From Octopus vulgaris (taxonomy: Eukaryota): 64,000 bases of DNA. This document shows positions 1 through 11,812 of this stretch, piece after piece (positions within the stretch are counted from its first letter, which is position 1; every line of letters starts with the position of its first letter). The DNA lies in assembly GCA_951406725.2 (NCBI GenBank), contig OX597824.1, positions 35,340,001 to 35,404,000 of the forward strand. The letters run 5' to 3'. Made by a program: the position numbers and the translations under genes. The notes beneath the pieces were generated by a model. It saw only the letters and a list, made by a program, of their open reading frames with translations. It made no database searches and had not been told where the DNA came from.

Positions 1-222
1 TCTTCTTCTTTGATATTACTGAAGAGTGAGATCAGATAAATACCAGGATGCAATTACGTTATCTCATTAATAAAAAAAAAGAAGATGCCTCGATACCTAA
101 TACTTTTGGTTCGCAAGAAATAAGCTATATATTTACACACACGTAAATATACGTATGCGAAAGTCAAATGCAGTGTACATCTCGTTGGGAATCGAACCTG
201 TCTTCATATGATCATACTAAAT

Positions 223-427
223 ATCTATTTCTTTACTACCCACAAGGGGCTAAACACAGAGGAGACAAACAAGGACAGACACGGATTAAGTCGATTACAT
301 CGACCCCAGTGCGTAACTGGTACTTACTTTATCGACCCCGAAAGGATTTGAACTCAGAACGTAACGGCAGAAAAATACAGCTACGCATTTCGCCCGGCGT
401 GCTAACGTTTCTGCCAGTTCGCCGCCT
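223..427 (-). mobile_element. tRNA-derived SINE, family A, with internal deletion
   Basis: Minus strand reads aaggcggcgaactggcagaaacgttagc... (A box) and gagttcaaat (B box). Near-perfect ~20 bp TSD ttcat(a/g)tgatcatactaaat at 203-222 and 428-447. More than 12 homologous copies in the window. Confidence 0.85.
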
Positions 428-622
428 TTCATGTGATCATACTAAATGTCATACACGCTAACACAACTACTTTCATTTTCAAACTAATCTTGCAAATGAG
501 GATCTGTTTAACATCTGATATTTTTCTTATTGTGAATACACTTTAAAATCATAAAGAATTTATGTGGAGAATTAGAACTAGCAGTACTATATATATGTTT
601 CCGAACATCTAAGATTAAGATA

Positions 623-1115
<493 letters not shown>

Positions 1116-1942
1116 CCTATCACTTTATTTTTATTTACTTATTTATTTTCGCTCTAAAAACGAGAAATTGTGCTGCAGTGAGAAAAGCTAACACCAATCT
1201 GAAAATAATAAGAATAAAACTTTCCCCTTGATCAACATCAACGTCTTCGAGCTCTCGCTTAAAGACAAGCTGGAATAACTTGTTAATTATTAAGTCGAAA
1301 ATACCCAATTCACTCAAGAAAACACGTGGAATAGCTTTCCATATATGTCCTGGAATAACACACCTTTTTCTAATGTTCAAAAATATTTAACAACCTAGAC
1401 GCAATAACTGACTGAAAGTAATCATCATAAAAATATCTAAAACACCCAGTATCATATAGGTTTAAATGATTTGTACTATTTTGTTTAGCGTATCATTTTT
1501 AGAAATATTTTTTCCATTGTCTGACGTGACCTGGCTTCCCAAAGTCATACAGGCTGCCATTAGGAGGGAGAGACACTCAAGATGATAATGGAGGGGATTA
1601 TTTACAATTTTTTTCCGTTTCATTTTAGTCATTAAAAGTGATAGCGATAATTGGTTTTTAGCGGGGTCAAAGAGGCTGGCTTCTATGGGATCGGACACCC
1701 TGTATCGTGTGTTTTCAAAAACTGGGATAGATTCCAGGACAGCGAAGTAGAGAGAGAAGGATGGAGTGATAGAAGAGTTTAGGAGTGAAGGCGGTAGCTA
1801 TGTAGCACACTATTTGAGAGAACTGAAAGGTTCGCCTTATTGTGTTGGAATACTCGGAGGAATTTTTACCCTGGAGATCGTGAATATATAGTGATGAGAA
1901 TAGGGAGTGCGAAAAGAATGGACAGGAAGAACTTTTTTTTCT

Positions 1943-2500
1943 AGTATTTGAATTGTTAGAGTTGTCTTCACAATTTATCCACTACAACCCTTAAACAAGT
2001 AAATAGTACTTTCCTAAAAAATAGAGCCACTTAATTCGGTTAGTGACAAATATACCAACACTAGCGCCCTTGAAGGTGATATTCTCTGAGAACGCACAAC
2101 AGCCTTTTTCAGAGTTTAGCCTGTTATTACATAACATGCTTCACAATTTTAGTATACATACCTTATTAGTATTCCCTCCTATGTTCTATATACTCTGGGA
2201 ACGCATTACAGCCCTTTTACAAAGTGGAAGTTGAATGCAGAAGTCTTTTCTCCAAGAATACCACAAACGGAGTAAGCTTCGTTGAAGCATAATGGGTGGG
2301 AGGGATCTGGAAAATATGTTGGAAGCGCACTTAGTAAAGGACCTGAAAGATCTGCTGAATTTGAAAAAGCGAGGTGGTTACATCGTATGCAATTTCTGCA
2401 GGCACCGTTTACTTTTCTCAATAAAGCATCGGTAAGATATTGAAATGGATTCATTAAAATTTATCCTACTCATTAAAACAACTCACTTCGTAATTATTCA

Positions 2501-2567
<67 letters not shown>

Positions 2568-3388
2568 CACACACACACACAGATAACAAGAAGCAAACAT
2601 TATTTTCTAATTTCACATTTGTGGGAAGACATGAGGACCTGTACTCCGCTGTATGCTTCGACCAGACATTTAAATAACAATACTATCATACACATGGATA
2701 TAAATACGATCTTCAAGAAAATCATTCACTGTGCTAAGGATGACTGCACACACACAACATGCACGCACGCACACACATATAAATTATATGGAATGAAAGC
2801 GATAAGCAGCGTCTGCTTTTCCAGCTCCTGGTGCTGAAGAGGAGATAACCACTCTGAAATGCATGTATCCACCAGCGAATTGATTTGGTGTGCTTACACC
2901 TATCTGTCCACAGCGAGAAGTTTCCTCCATGAGAAAACACAGTGAATGGCTTTCATACGGGTTCGAATACGCCCCATGGCATACGCAGATTGTTGAAAAA
3001 AAAATCGATAATAGGGACCCTGGGAGGGATCCTTATATATAGCCATGGGAAATAACCCCTTCATTTTCCTAAATTATTTGGCAAAAATGAAATTGAGTAT
3101 GTTTATTTCTTAGTATTTGAATTGTTAGAGTTGTCTTCGCAATTTTTCCACTACAACCCTTAAACAAGTAAATAGTACTTTCCTAAAAAAATAGAGCCAC
3201 TTATTTCGGTTAGTAACAAATATAACAACACTAGCGCCCCTGAAGGTAATATTCTCTGAGAACGCACAACAGCCTTTTTCAGAGTTTAGCCTGTTATTAC
3301 GTAACATGTTTCACAATTTTAGTATACATATCTTATTAATATTCACTCCTATGTTCTATATACTCTGGGAACGCATTACATCCCTTTT
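1943..3388. repeat. ~275 bp direct repeat pair (1943-2217 and 3111-3388)
   Basis: tagtatttgaattgttagagttgtcttc...gggaacgcattaca occurs twice with few mismatches, separated by ~890 bp. Confidence 0.85.
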
Positions 3389-3646
3389 CGGGGCTACTTT
3401 ATTTGAATTCTTACTATCGGGTAACTAATTTCATGTTATTTCATAACTGACTTCACAATTTCATAACTTATTGGAAATTCCTAAAAGCAAGATCCTGTGT
3501 AAGACAATTAATTATTCTCAATAAATGCACAAAAACCGTTTTAAGGGCTACATACTTTGTATTGTTATTGGATTAGCGAAACACTTATGGCAACGGAACC
3601 GAAGGATAAGCCCCGCTTTCCCGGGAATTACCGAGTATGTCAGCTA

Positions 3647-3734
<88 letters not shown>

Positions 3735-3764
3735 ACATACTTTTGTTTAGGACCCCCTAAATTG

Positions 3765-4074
3765 CACCTAGATTGCACCTAGAAAGTTACCCTCCAAGGC
3801 ACAAGTTCGGGCAAGATTGTTTATGGAAGGCCAGTAGTCGCCAATGCATACCAGCCTCCCCTCTCCACGCCACTGATGTTATCCAAGGGATAGGCAAAAG
3901 CCGATACAGCTTAGCACCAGTGATGTCGCAACTCATTTCTACAGCTGAGTTAACTAGAGCAATGTGAATAAAGTGTCTTGCTCAAGAATACAACACGCAG
4001 ACCTGTCCGGGAATCGAACTCACAACCTCACGATCGCAAGCTCGATGTTCTAAACACTGAGCCATGCCCCTTCA
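3765..4074 (-). mobile_element. tRNA-derived CORE SINE (family D)
   Basis: Minus strand: gtgaaggggcatggctcagtgtttag (A box), gagttcgattccc (B box), ttcttgagcaagacactttattcac (CORE-like). Confidence 0.75.
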
Positions 4075-4087
4075 CGTCCATACATAC

Positions 4088-4212
4088 ATCAGCCGAAATT
4101 GCTAGGATGAACCGTTTCTTGACTGAAGATTGAAGGCTTCGAATGTCCCATCCGTGTTTTTTGTATCGTCTTCTAAATGTTTTGCTTTCTTGTCCCAGTT
4201 TGTATTTTTTTA
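4088..4212 (+). mobile_element. Truncated PLE-like terminal-repeat fragment (family E) with partial hammerhead core
   Basis: Sits in TA/TACA repeats. Shares ttcttgtccca...ttttgtattt with reversed copies at ~10075-10115 and ~15466-15530. GAAA at 4095 and CTGAAGA at 4123. Confidence 0.5.
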
Positions 4213-4269
4213 CATATACATAAATATATACATACATACCTATGTATATATATATATATATATCTAATT

Positions 4270-4583
4270 TAGGATAAAATTTTTCGAAAAAAATTCTATC
4301 AATGGCCAGCATATTAAAAAATACCTTTAAAGGTTAAATATATAAACAACTTATAAACAAGGGCAAAAGAAAAAAATTCTAATGCCAAATATGCTGAAAA
4401 TCGACTTAAATCGTCAATAACCATATAATTCATCACTACGAGCACGCGAAATTTTTTGAAATTTCTGTCGGTTTACTTCGAGATGCGTACTTATAGAGAT
4501 GAATTATATGGTTATTGACGATTTAAGTCGATTTTCGGCATATTTGGCTTTAGAATTTTTTTCTTTTGTCCTTGTTTATAAGT
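4270..4583. repeat. Fold-back element in (TA)n (arms ~4349-4447 and ~4485-4582)
   Basis: The arms are reverse complements. Related to the 15.9-16.4 kb fold-back (shared atatgctgaaaat and tatgctggcca...aattttatcc ends). Confidence 0.75.
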
Positions 4584-4597
4584 AATGTATATATATC

Positions 4598-5201
4598 TAC
4601 TGTCTTTCTGTCCTGGCTGCCTTCAAGTAGAGACGGCACTTTCTGTTGCTCCTTGGCCGTTCTCAAAAAATAGCGTTCGTAAAAAATTTTATCTCGTTCG
4701 GCTTAACAGCCCTTCTTGTTTGTGTTACTGTTATTCTCCTTGCCCTGTCTTTTACTGTTTATATTTTGTACTGTCGTTACTGTCCTGTTTTTGTTACCAT
4801 TTTTACCCCTCCGCAAAAAAAATCTCAAATTTTATTTAATTTGATTTTCGCGGGAAGGATTGCTTCAATTAAGTCATGTATCGCCTTGACCTTCGAAACG
4901 TGGAGTAGATGAAACAAAGGCGACTGAAGAAGGGGAATTTTCCTTGTTTTGTATGTCCTGTACTCTATTTTTTCGTTGTTTAAAAAAATGTCCATTTCCT
5001 TGGTTTTGTGTTTATGTTTTCGTTTCTCATTGTGTTCGACGTTTTTTTGGTGTCCTGTACCCATATATGCATGTATATATACATGTAGAGGTAGGTACGT
5101 ACATATATGTATGTCCTGTACCCATATATGCATGTATATATACATGTAGAGGTAGGTACGTACATATATGTATGTATATATGCATATGTTTTATTTATTT
5201 A

Positions 5202-5205
<4 letters not shown>
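4598..5205 (+). mobile_element. Non-autonomous PLE-like terminal-repeat element (family P) ending in (TA)n
   Basis: Homologous to 8345-9035 (-) and 48270-48482 (-). Contains a hammerhead core. The 3' end merges into (TA)n, with a 59 bp tandem duplication near the end. Confidence 0.6.
4874..4935 (+). ncRNA. Candidate hammerhead ribozyme with reversed strand order (pseudoknotted)
   Basis: tcatgtA | tcgcctt ga ccttc GAAA cgtgg ...13 nt... aaggcga CTGAAGA a gggg. Stem III is 6 bp, stem I 7 bp, stem II 4 bp. Confidence 0.6.
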
Positions 5206-5251
<46 letters not shown>

Positions 5252-5353
5252 TATATACATATATTATATATACATTTAATATATATACATATAATATACA
5301 TACATACATATATATATATATATACATATATACATACTTATAATATTATATAT

Positions 5354-5384
<31 letters not shown>

Positions 5385-5462
5385 TATTATATATATACAT
5401 TCAAATTTCGCCAACGTCCACTTTGATTTTCATCCTTTCAGAGTCGATAAAATAAGTATCAG

Positions 5463-5516
<54 letters not shown>

Positions 5517-6814
5517 GCCGTCACTCGGAAGCAAATATGATTTTGTAACTCGTACTGTTTTCAGTCATTGTTTTGGGTGCTTTTTAGTCACGAGCTAATA
5601 GCGAGTCCTCCTCTCAACCCCCTCAACCATCACCTTACGGAACATCCAGTATTTAACAAGAACGAAGAGAAAAGGTGGCACTTCTGTTGGTGCAGCTTCG
5701 CCAGGCAAGACAGTCTTGAGCTTGCGTTTCCCAGGTGTTGGAGTTGATCTGAAAGCTCTTCGGTGAGGCTTCGAGTGTATGTATATAAACACGTGTGTTC
5801 GGTATGCGATTGAAAAATATATATATAATGTATGGATAGTGTGTGTGTGTGTCTATTTGTGCATGTATATCTGTAAAAAGACGTATGTATATGTACGTGT
5901 GGGCGTATGTCAGTCTGCTTGTCTGTATGTATGTCTATTTTTTTTAATTATTATAAATCTTCCACTGAGGAGGGAGCCAGTTTCCAGCAAGGCTCCATCT
6001 TTGGGATGTAGTTAACACAGACAAATTCACATTTGTATGTATGTATGTATGTATGTATGTATGTATGTATGTATGTATGTATGTATGTATGTATAAAGGA
6101 ATAAGTCAAAGGTTGTCCGGTTGAGTGCGTGAGAAGGCTAAGCTTGTGGTTGGGTGGTAGTCAGCCATGCAGAGCAATGAGTGGCTTCTATTTGTCCAAT
6201 TCTGTCTAATGCTACCTAATTGATTGTCGTCTTTCAGTGCGAGCGGCGACACAAAACGAGACAGTAGCTTTGTCAATGGCGGCAGCGCTGACAATGGAAC
6301 GACTTTCGCCTCACCGGAAATAAACTGTCAAACTACTATAATACTTCCGTTCAATCTAGGTTTATACAAACATTTAGCAATTGTTTTCGGGAGCAATCGT
6401 TGTATATAGCAATGAATGCATAACATTTTTATAGAGTTATTGTTGTTAGGGGAATCGGGTTAAGTGTTCGTCTGTTTTTCGTCTCTTCATCGTTATCACA
6501 CTCACTCACTCCTTCAAACCCATTCACTTGCTCACTCACTTATTCAGTCTTCCTTTTTTTTTTTACTTTAGCTCTATTTCATCTTTCTATATAGATTTAC
6601 ACTCTTATACATTTCAATATCTTTTTTAGTGTATATATTTGCATGCGTATTTATGTTCATATATTACATACCAACACACACACATACATACACACAAACA
6701 CATATAATAAATATATAATATGTAACATAATAATATATAGGTATATTATATGTTATATATTATATATTTATTATGTGTTTGTATGTGTGTGTGTATATAT
6801 ATATATATTTTCTC

Positions 6815-6948
6815 TTTTTCTCTTTTACTTGTTTCAGTCATTTGACTGTGGCCATGCTGGAGCACCGCCTTTAGTCGAGCAAATCGACCCCAGGACTTAT
6901 TCTTTGTAAGCCTTGCACTTATTCTATCAGTCTCTTTTGCCGAACCGC

Positions 6949-6994
<46 letters not shown>

Positions 6995-7246
6995 TGTATG
7001 TATGTATGTATGTATGTATGTATGTATGTATGTATGTATGTGTGTACATGAATACATCTAGGTGTATGCGAACGGGTAAAAATCACCTTTTATTTATGGT
7101 TATTCTTTTACTCTTTTATTTGTTTCAGCCATTTGACTGTGGCCATGCTGGAGCACTGCATTTAGTCGAGGAAATCGACCCCAGGATGTTTGTTTGTAAG
7201 CCTAGTACTTATTCTATCGGTCTCTTTTGCCAAACCGCTAAGTTAC
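6815..7246 (-). mobile_element. Two 3'-half fragments of SINE family B separated by (TATG)n
   Basis: ttttacttgtttcagtcatttgactgtggccatgctggagcacc... occurs at ~6823 and ~7113. Confidence 0.75.
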
Positions 7247-7269
7247 GCCCGCCGATTTTTTTGCTTCTC

Positions 7270-7615
7270 TGAAACATTATTTTTTTACACAAAAAACAAA
7301 GCGAGGTATTGAACCTCTTATTTCCGTTTTACAATTATTGGACTTACTAGTCTATTTACAAATTAAAACATCATTTTTAACACAAAAAGCAAACTGAGGT
7401 ATTGAACCTCTTATTTCCGTTTTACAATTATTAGACTTAATAGTCCTTTTACAAATTAAAACATTATTATGTTTTACACAAAAATCAAAACGCGGTATTG
7501 AACCTCTTACCTCCGTTTTTTTCAATTTTTGGACTTAATAGTCCATTTACAAATTGAGGCGCTGAGCCTCTTACACACTTAAATATTATAACACTGAGGC
7601 TTTTCAACCTCTTGT
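7270..7615. repeat. ~95 bp minisatellite, 3-4 degenerate units
   Basis: Repeated gaggtattgaacctcttatttccgttttacaattatt(g/a)gactta...tttacaaattaaaacat. Confidence 0.8.
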
Positions 7616-8112
7616 CAGTTTTCGTCCCCAATATCACTTGTGCCTGTATACTCCGCCATTGCCCACACCTCGTTTAAAACCAAGGCGGGCTCCGAGTCGG
7701 CGTCGCCCGGCCACAAGCGATATTCCTCTTTGAGTCCCTGCAGCCTACGCATCACGGGCAACGTTATGGCCATCACAGCTATATGCGGAGGCCATTCGGA
7801 GCACAATTCCCGCCAACGGTGTCTCTTCCTTTTCCGGGACATTCCAGTACTATGTCACCGACTGCCGGCAGTGCCCCATTTTTCTTCCTCTTCCTCATTT
7901 TTTTCTTCTCAACTAGGGGAGGGTGCGTCTCCTCCGTAAGCGGGAGATTCGCCTCCCCTCCCTAATCCTAGGATCCTTCGGTGAGCACCCATTATTGCTC
8001 AACTTCTTCCTCTTGCGGCCCTTCTTTGCGGAGTCCTTCGCCTCCTCGGACGCCTTCGTTCCTTCTTCTACAGAAGTCTCCATCAACTGCTCCAGGACTT
8101 TGCTTTGTTCCT
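7615..8112 (-). mobile_element. Decayed GC-rich coding fragment, possibly a LINE ORF1 remnant
   Basis: Basic/acidic low-complexity frames (KKGRKRKK, KRKRHRWRELCSEWP) broken by frameshifts; abuts a SINE fragment. Family not recognised. Confidence 0.3.
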
Positions 8113-8114
8113 GA

Positions 8115-8328
8115 ATATGTTTGTGTGTCTGTTTGTCCCTCCAGCATCGCTTGACAACTGATGCTGGTGTGTTTACGTGCCCGTAACTTAGCGGTTTGGC
8201 AAAAGAAACCGATAAAATAAGTACTAGGCTTACAAAGAATAAGCTCTGGGGTCGATTTGCTCGACTAAAGGCGGTGCTCCAGCATGGTCGCAGTCAAATG
8301 ACTGAAACAAGTAAAAGAGTAAAAGAGT
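8115..8328 (+). mobile_element. SINE family B, 3' half
   Basis: gtttgtccctccagcatcgcttgacaac...gaaacaagtaaaagagtaaaagag. Confidence 0.8.
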
Positions 8329-8344
8329 ATATATATATATAGGA

Positions 8345-9035
8345 GATAAATAAAAATATATGCATACATACAAACATATATGTACGTACCTACATCTACA
8401 TGTATATATACATGCATATATAAATAATTATACGGGAGTACAGGACATCACAATAAGACGTAGAAACGGAAAAAGCCAAAAAACAAAAAACAAGAAAACG
8501 GAAAACGAAAAACAAGAAAACGAAAAACAAATACAGGACGAGCTACACAAGGACAAAACCCCCGTCATCAGCTGTCGCTAGAGGAGTCAGGCATGTTTCG
8601 AAGGCATAACAGAACACTAATCCAATAGGCCTTCCTGCGAGAGAATTAAAATAAAATTCCAAGCAGCGGGGCAAAATGAGTACGAACACAAACAAGACGT
8701 AACAATAAGACTGCAAAATTAAAATACATGTACAAAAACAAACACAAGACGACGAACGAAAAAGCCTTTTTTCTGGCATAGACAAACGATAAAACTGCAA
8801 AAATAAAAATACATGTACAAAAAGTACAATTAGTTACAAAACGAGAAAATAACAAGAATACTATACAGGAAATCAACCACACAAGGGGACGAACGAAGAA
8901 GCCTTTTGCTGGCAAGGACGAAAGTGAAGTAGCAGCGCGTGGAGGCAGTCTTTTCAATAGTGGGAACCACGTGTAAAGGAATTTTGTTTTATAGGCAAGG
9001 AAGAGGGAAGGAGGAGGGGGACACGCGGCGAAGAG
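8345..9035 (-). mobile_element. Non-autonomous PLE-like terminal-repeat element (family P, diverged subfamily)
   Basis: Flanks of the core align with the 4598-5205 element (aattttattt..tcgc(a/g)ggaagg upstream; ccttgt..gtcctgta downstream). Ends in (TA)n. Confidence 0.6.
8559..8617 (-). ncRNA. Candidate hammerhead ribozyme with reversed strand order (second, covarying copy)
   Basis: Minus strand: gtgtT | ctgtt atg ccttc GAAA cat ...16 nt... gacag CTGATGA c ggggg. Confidence 0.6.
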
Positions 9036-9460
9036 AGAGATACACACACACATACATACATGCATATGCATATTATAGTATAATATAGTATATTGTATTA
9101 TATAATATCAAATTGTATAGTAAATTCTATCTGATTTTAAGTGTGTATTTAAAAAAAGACATATTTACTTCTGCGAATTTAATCAATTTTATAATTCCTT
9201 TCACATTCTATCTCTTTACTTTTAGATTTTTTTAATGCCTGATTTGTAAAGTTCTTTTACTTGGCTTATATATTTTTCTGCTTTCTTTGATAACCCTACT
9301 TTTCCTGTCTATGCTGTTTTGCAAGGACCTGCATAACCTACATAAGTGAAAGTTTAATGGAGCGAGGTCTGATAAGTATGATGATAGCATTTTCTCGATT
9401 CGAATAATTCGAGAACATTTTTAATGACTTGTGCAGTGTGAGTATGAGCATTATCTAGAT

Positions 9461-9742
9461 CAGTGGTTCTCAGCTATTTTTTTAATCTATGGACTCCTTT
9501 GAGTACTATTCTATTTTGGGTGTGCCCCCACAACCACTCAATGTTTAAAAACTGTTTTTATAGATACTTCTTTCAAAATTCCCATTTTATTTTTCACACA
9601 TTAACTTGTCTAGGTTTACCTACGGCCGTTTCTTGCAATAAATACAACTAAAGCAAAACTTTTCCTGGACTCTAGGTCCCAATTTACTATTTTGTTTGCA
9701 TGGACCCCCCAGGGGTTATATGGACCCCGGTTGAGAACCACT
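9461..9742. mobile_element. hAT (Charlie-like) MITE
   Basis: Terminal inverted repeats cagtggttctca... and ...ggttgagaaccact. Preceded by atctagat, the typical hAT target. Confidence 0.65.
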
Positions 9743-9998
9743 CCCACCACTTCCAGTGGTTTATTAATGCAGGATGTTTTCTATCCAAAACAGTCTTCAA
9801 ACGTTGAAGTTAATGACAGTAGACTTTCAGGAGTGATTGTCTGATTCAACCCTAAAATCTCGTAATGAAAAATTCTCTTATGTCTTACCAGACATTACAT
9901 AGTACTTTTTTTTTTATGAAATGCCCTTCCTGGTGTGGCACAGGGTTTGGTTGGGGCCTATATACATGCATGCATGCATACATACATACATACATACA

Positions 9999-10078
<80 letters not shown>

Positions 10079-10558
10079 CAAAATGGGACAAGAACGCAAA
10101 ACATCCAAATAGACGATATATATATATATATATATATATCAAAACACATATATACATATATCAGTCTCTGCTTCTGCTTTCCACTTCCTTGCTGTTTTCA
10201 CCTCTGTTGGATTACGTCTGATTTCCACGTCCTTCGACTCTTTCAGCATCATCACCGTTTGTACCTTCCCCGGTATATATATATTTCGACTATTGACGCT
10301 AGTGGTAACTGCAACGAGATATTTATGTATATGTTTGTGTGTCTGTGTTTGCCTCCACCACCACCACCACCATCGCTTGACAACCGATGTTGGTGAGTTT
10401 ACGTGTTCCCGTAAGTTAGCGGTTCGGCAAAAGAGATTGATAGGATAAGTATTGGGCGTATAAAGAATAAGTCCTGGGGTCGATTTCTTCGACTAAAGAC
10501 GGTGCTCTAGTATGGCCGCAGTCAAATGACTGAAAAATATAATATATATATATATATA

Positions 10559-10881
10559 AAAATGTAATATGTGACAATTATTCGGTAGCCACGATAAAAC
10601 TCTGAGTTTTGGATGTCGGGATGGAAATCCACACCGCTATCTCTACAGTTATCCGGCCATCGGAAAAAATGCTATGATTTTTCATAGCATGATTTTTCAT
10701 AGCATTTTTTTCCGATGGCCGGATAACTGAAGAGATGGCGGTGTGGATTTCCACCCCGACACCGAAACTCAGAGTTTTATCATGGCTACCGAATAAATGT
10801 CACATATTACATTTACAGATAAATTCGTCTATTTACATAATATCGAGGTATCTTTCATTCTTTTGTTGCCTTACCATTTCT

Positions 10882-10885
<4 letters not shown>
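10559..10885. mobile_element. Fold-back PLE-derived element in (TA)n carrying a type I hammerhead
   Basis: Arms ~10559-10676 and ~10698-10814 are reverse complements. The right arm extends ~70 bp further. (TA)n on both sides. Confidence 0.75.
10722..10781 (+). ncRNA. Type I hammerhead ribozyme motif
   Basis: gataa CTGAAGA [long stem II] GAAA ct-cag-ag TT | ttatc. Stem I is gataa/ttatc. Confidence 0.7.
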
Positions 10886-10938
<53 letters not shown>

Positions 10939-11001
10939 CATACATACATATATACATATATGCACATATATATATGCATACATATATACATATGTATATA
11001 C

Positions 11002-11056
<55 letters not shown>

Positions 11057-11059
<3 letters not shown>

Positions 11060-11252
11060 CGTGTGTACCGTTGGCGATTTTTTTCTCCGTCTTCCCTTCT
11101 CTGGATCTTTCCTTTTCCTATGTTTCTGACGAAGAGCTCCGCTCGAAACGTTAAACCTTCCGTCTTCCCTTCCTTCCTGAGCGTCCAATAATACTATATT
11201 TGTTCCACGTCCCCACGTTGTGTTTTCTCTTTGTGTTTTCATGTCTGGATTA

Positions 11253-11258
<6 letters not shown>
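11057..11258 (+). mobile_element. PLE pseudo-LTR fragment in (TA)n with minimal hammerhead (11122-11156)
   Basis: gttt CTGACGA a gagc tcc gctc GAAA cg TT | aaac. The palindromic stem III is typical of dimerising PLE HHRs. Homologous degenerate copy at 33110-33300. Confidence 0.7.
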
Positions 11259-11311
<53 letters not shown>

Positions 11312-11783
11312 CTCAATCGCTTAACTTTTATTTTTATGATACACATTACAGGGATTGCATAGTATGAGAGGCTAAAGGATTTGCTTCTCACTTTACTGAA
11401 AGTAAATATTGAAAGTTAGAAACAACTCTGGTGTGTCAGTGACTACGATAAATTAATCAACAATTGAATTCTATTCAATGGTTTAATGAGAAGAGAAGTA
11501 TAAATTCTTGTGGTTCTATTCGGAGCGTCTGAAACGGTAGGGATATTTATGAGTATATAGAATACAGTTATGTGAATACTGGAGAGATGGCCCAGTTGCT
11601 AACAATCTAAAAATACCCAGAGATTAAGTGGTTGAGTTAAACTGTACGATGGTTTTCAGTTCATGAAGAAAACAACTGTCCGTTAATGGACTTTTGTACA
11701 TTTCCTGCCTTTCATACTTCGCCTTTACCCGGGAAAAAATCTGTCTCTTTTCGCTTAAGGTCTGAAGTAATGATTAGACTTTG

Positions 11784-11812
11784 CTTCGCTGAGGACTGAA
11801 ACATGTCCGAAG
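11784..11812 (+). ncRNA. Minimal hammerhead remnant with collapsed stem II
   Basis: cttcg CTGAGGA ct GAAAC at GTC | cgaag. Stem I is a perfect 5 bp. Confidence 0.5.

Noticed and set aside
1140-1704. Tc1/mariner remnants (caccc(a/t)gta ends)
   Set aside because: Only short terminal-like motifs; too degenerate to support a call.
4890-4935. Ordinary type II hammerhead reading (GAAAC-gtgga-GUA|gatg...gcga-CUGAAGA)
   Set aside because: Stem I cannot form next to the core (G opposite A), and the equivalent fold is impossible in the 8.6 kb homologue. The upstream strand pairs far better.
4874-4960. Ordinary type III hammerhead reading with stem II aggggaa/ttcctt
   Set aside because: No GAAA or stem III strand follows downstream in either homologue.
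7270-7615. CRISPR-like repeat array
   Set aside because: Whole units repeat with no unique spacers; eukaryotic context, no cas genes.
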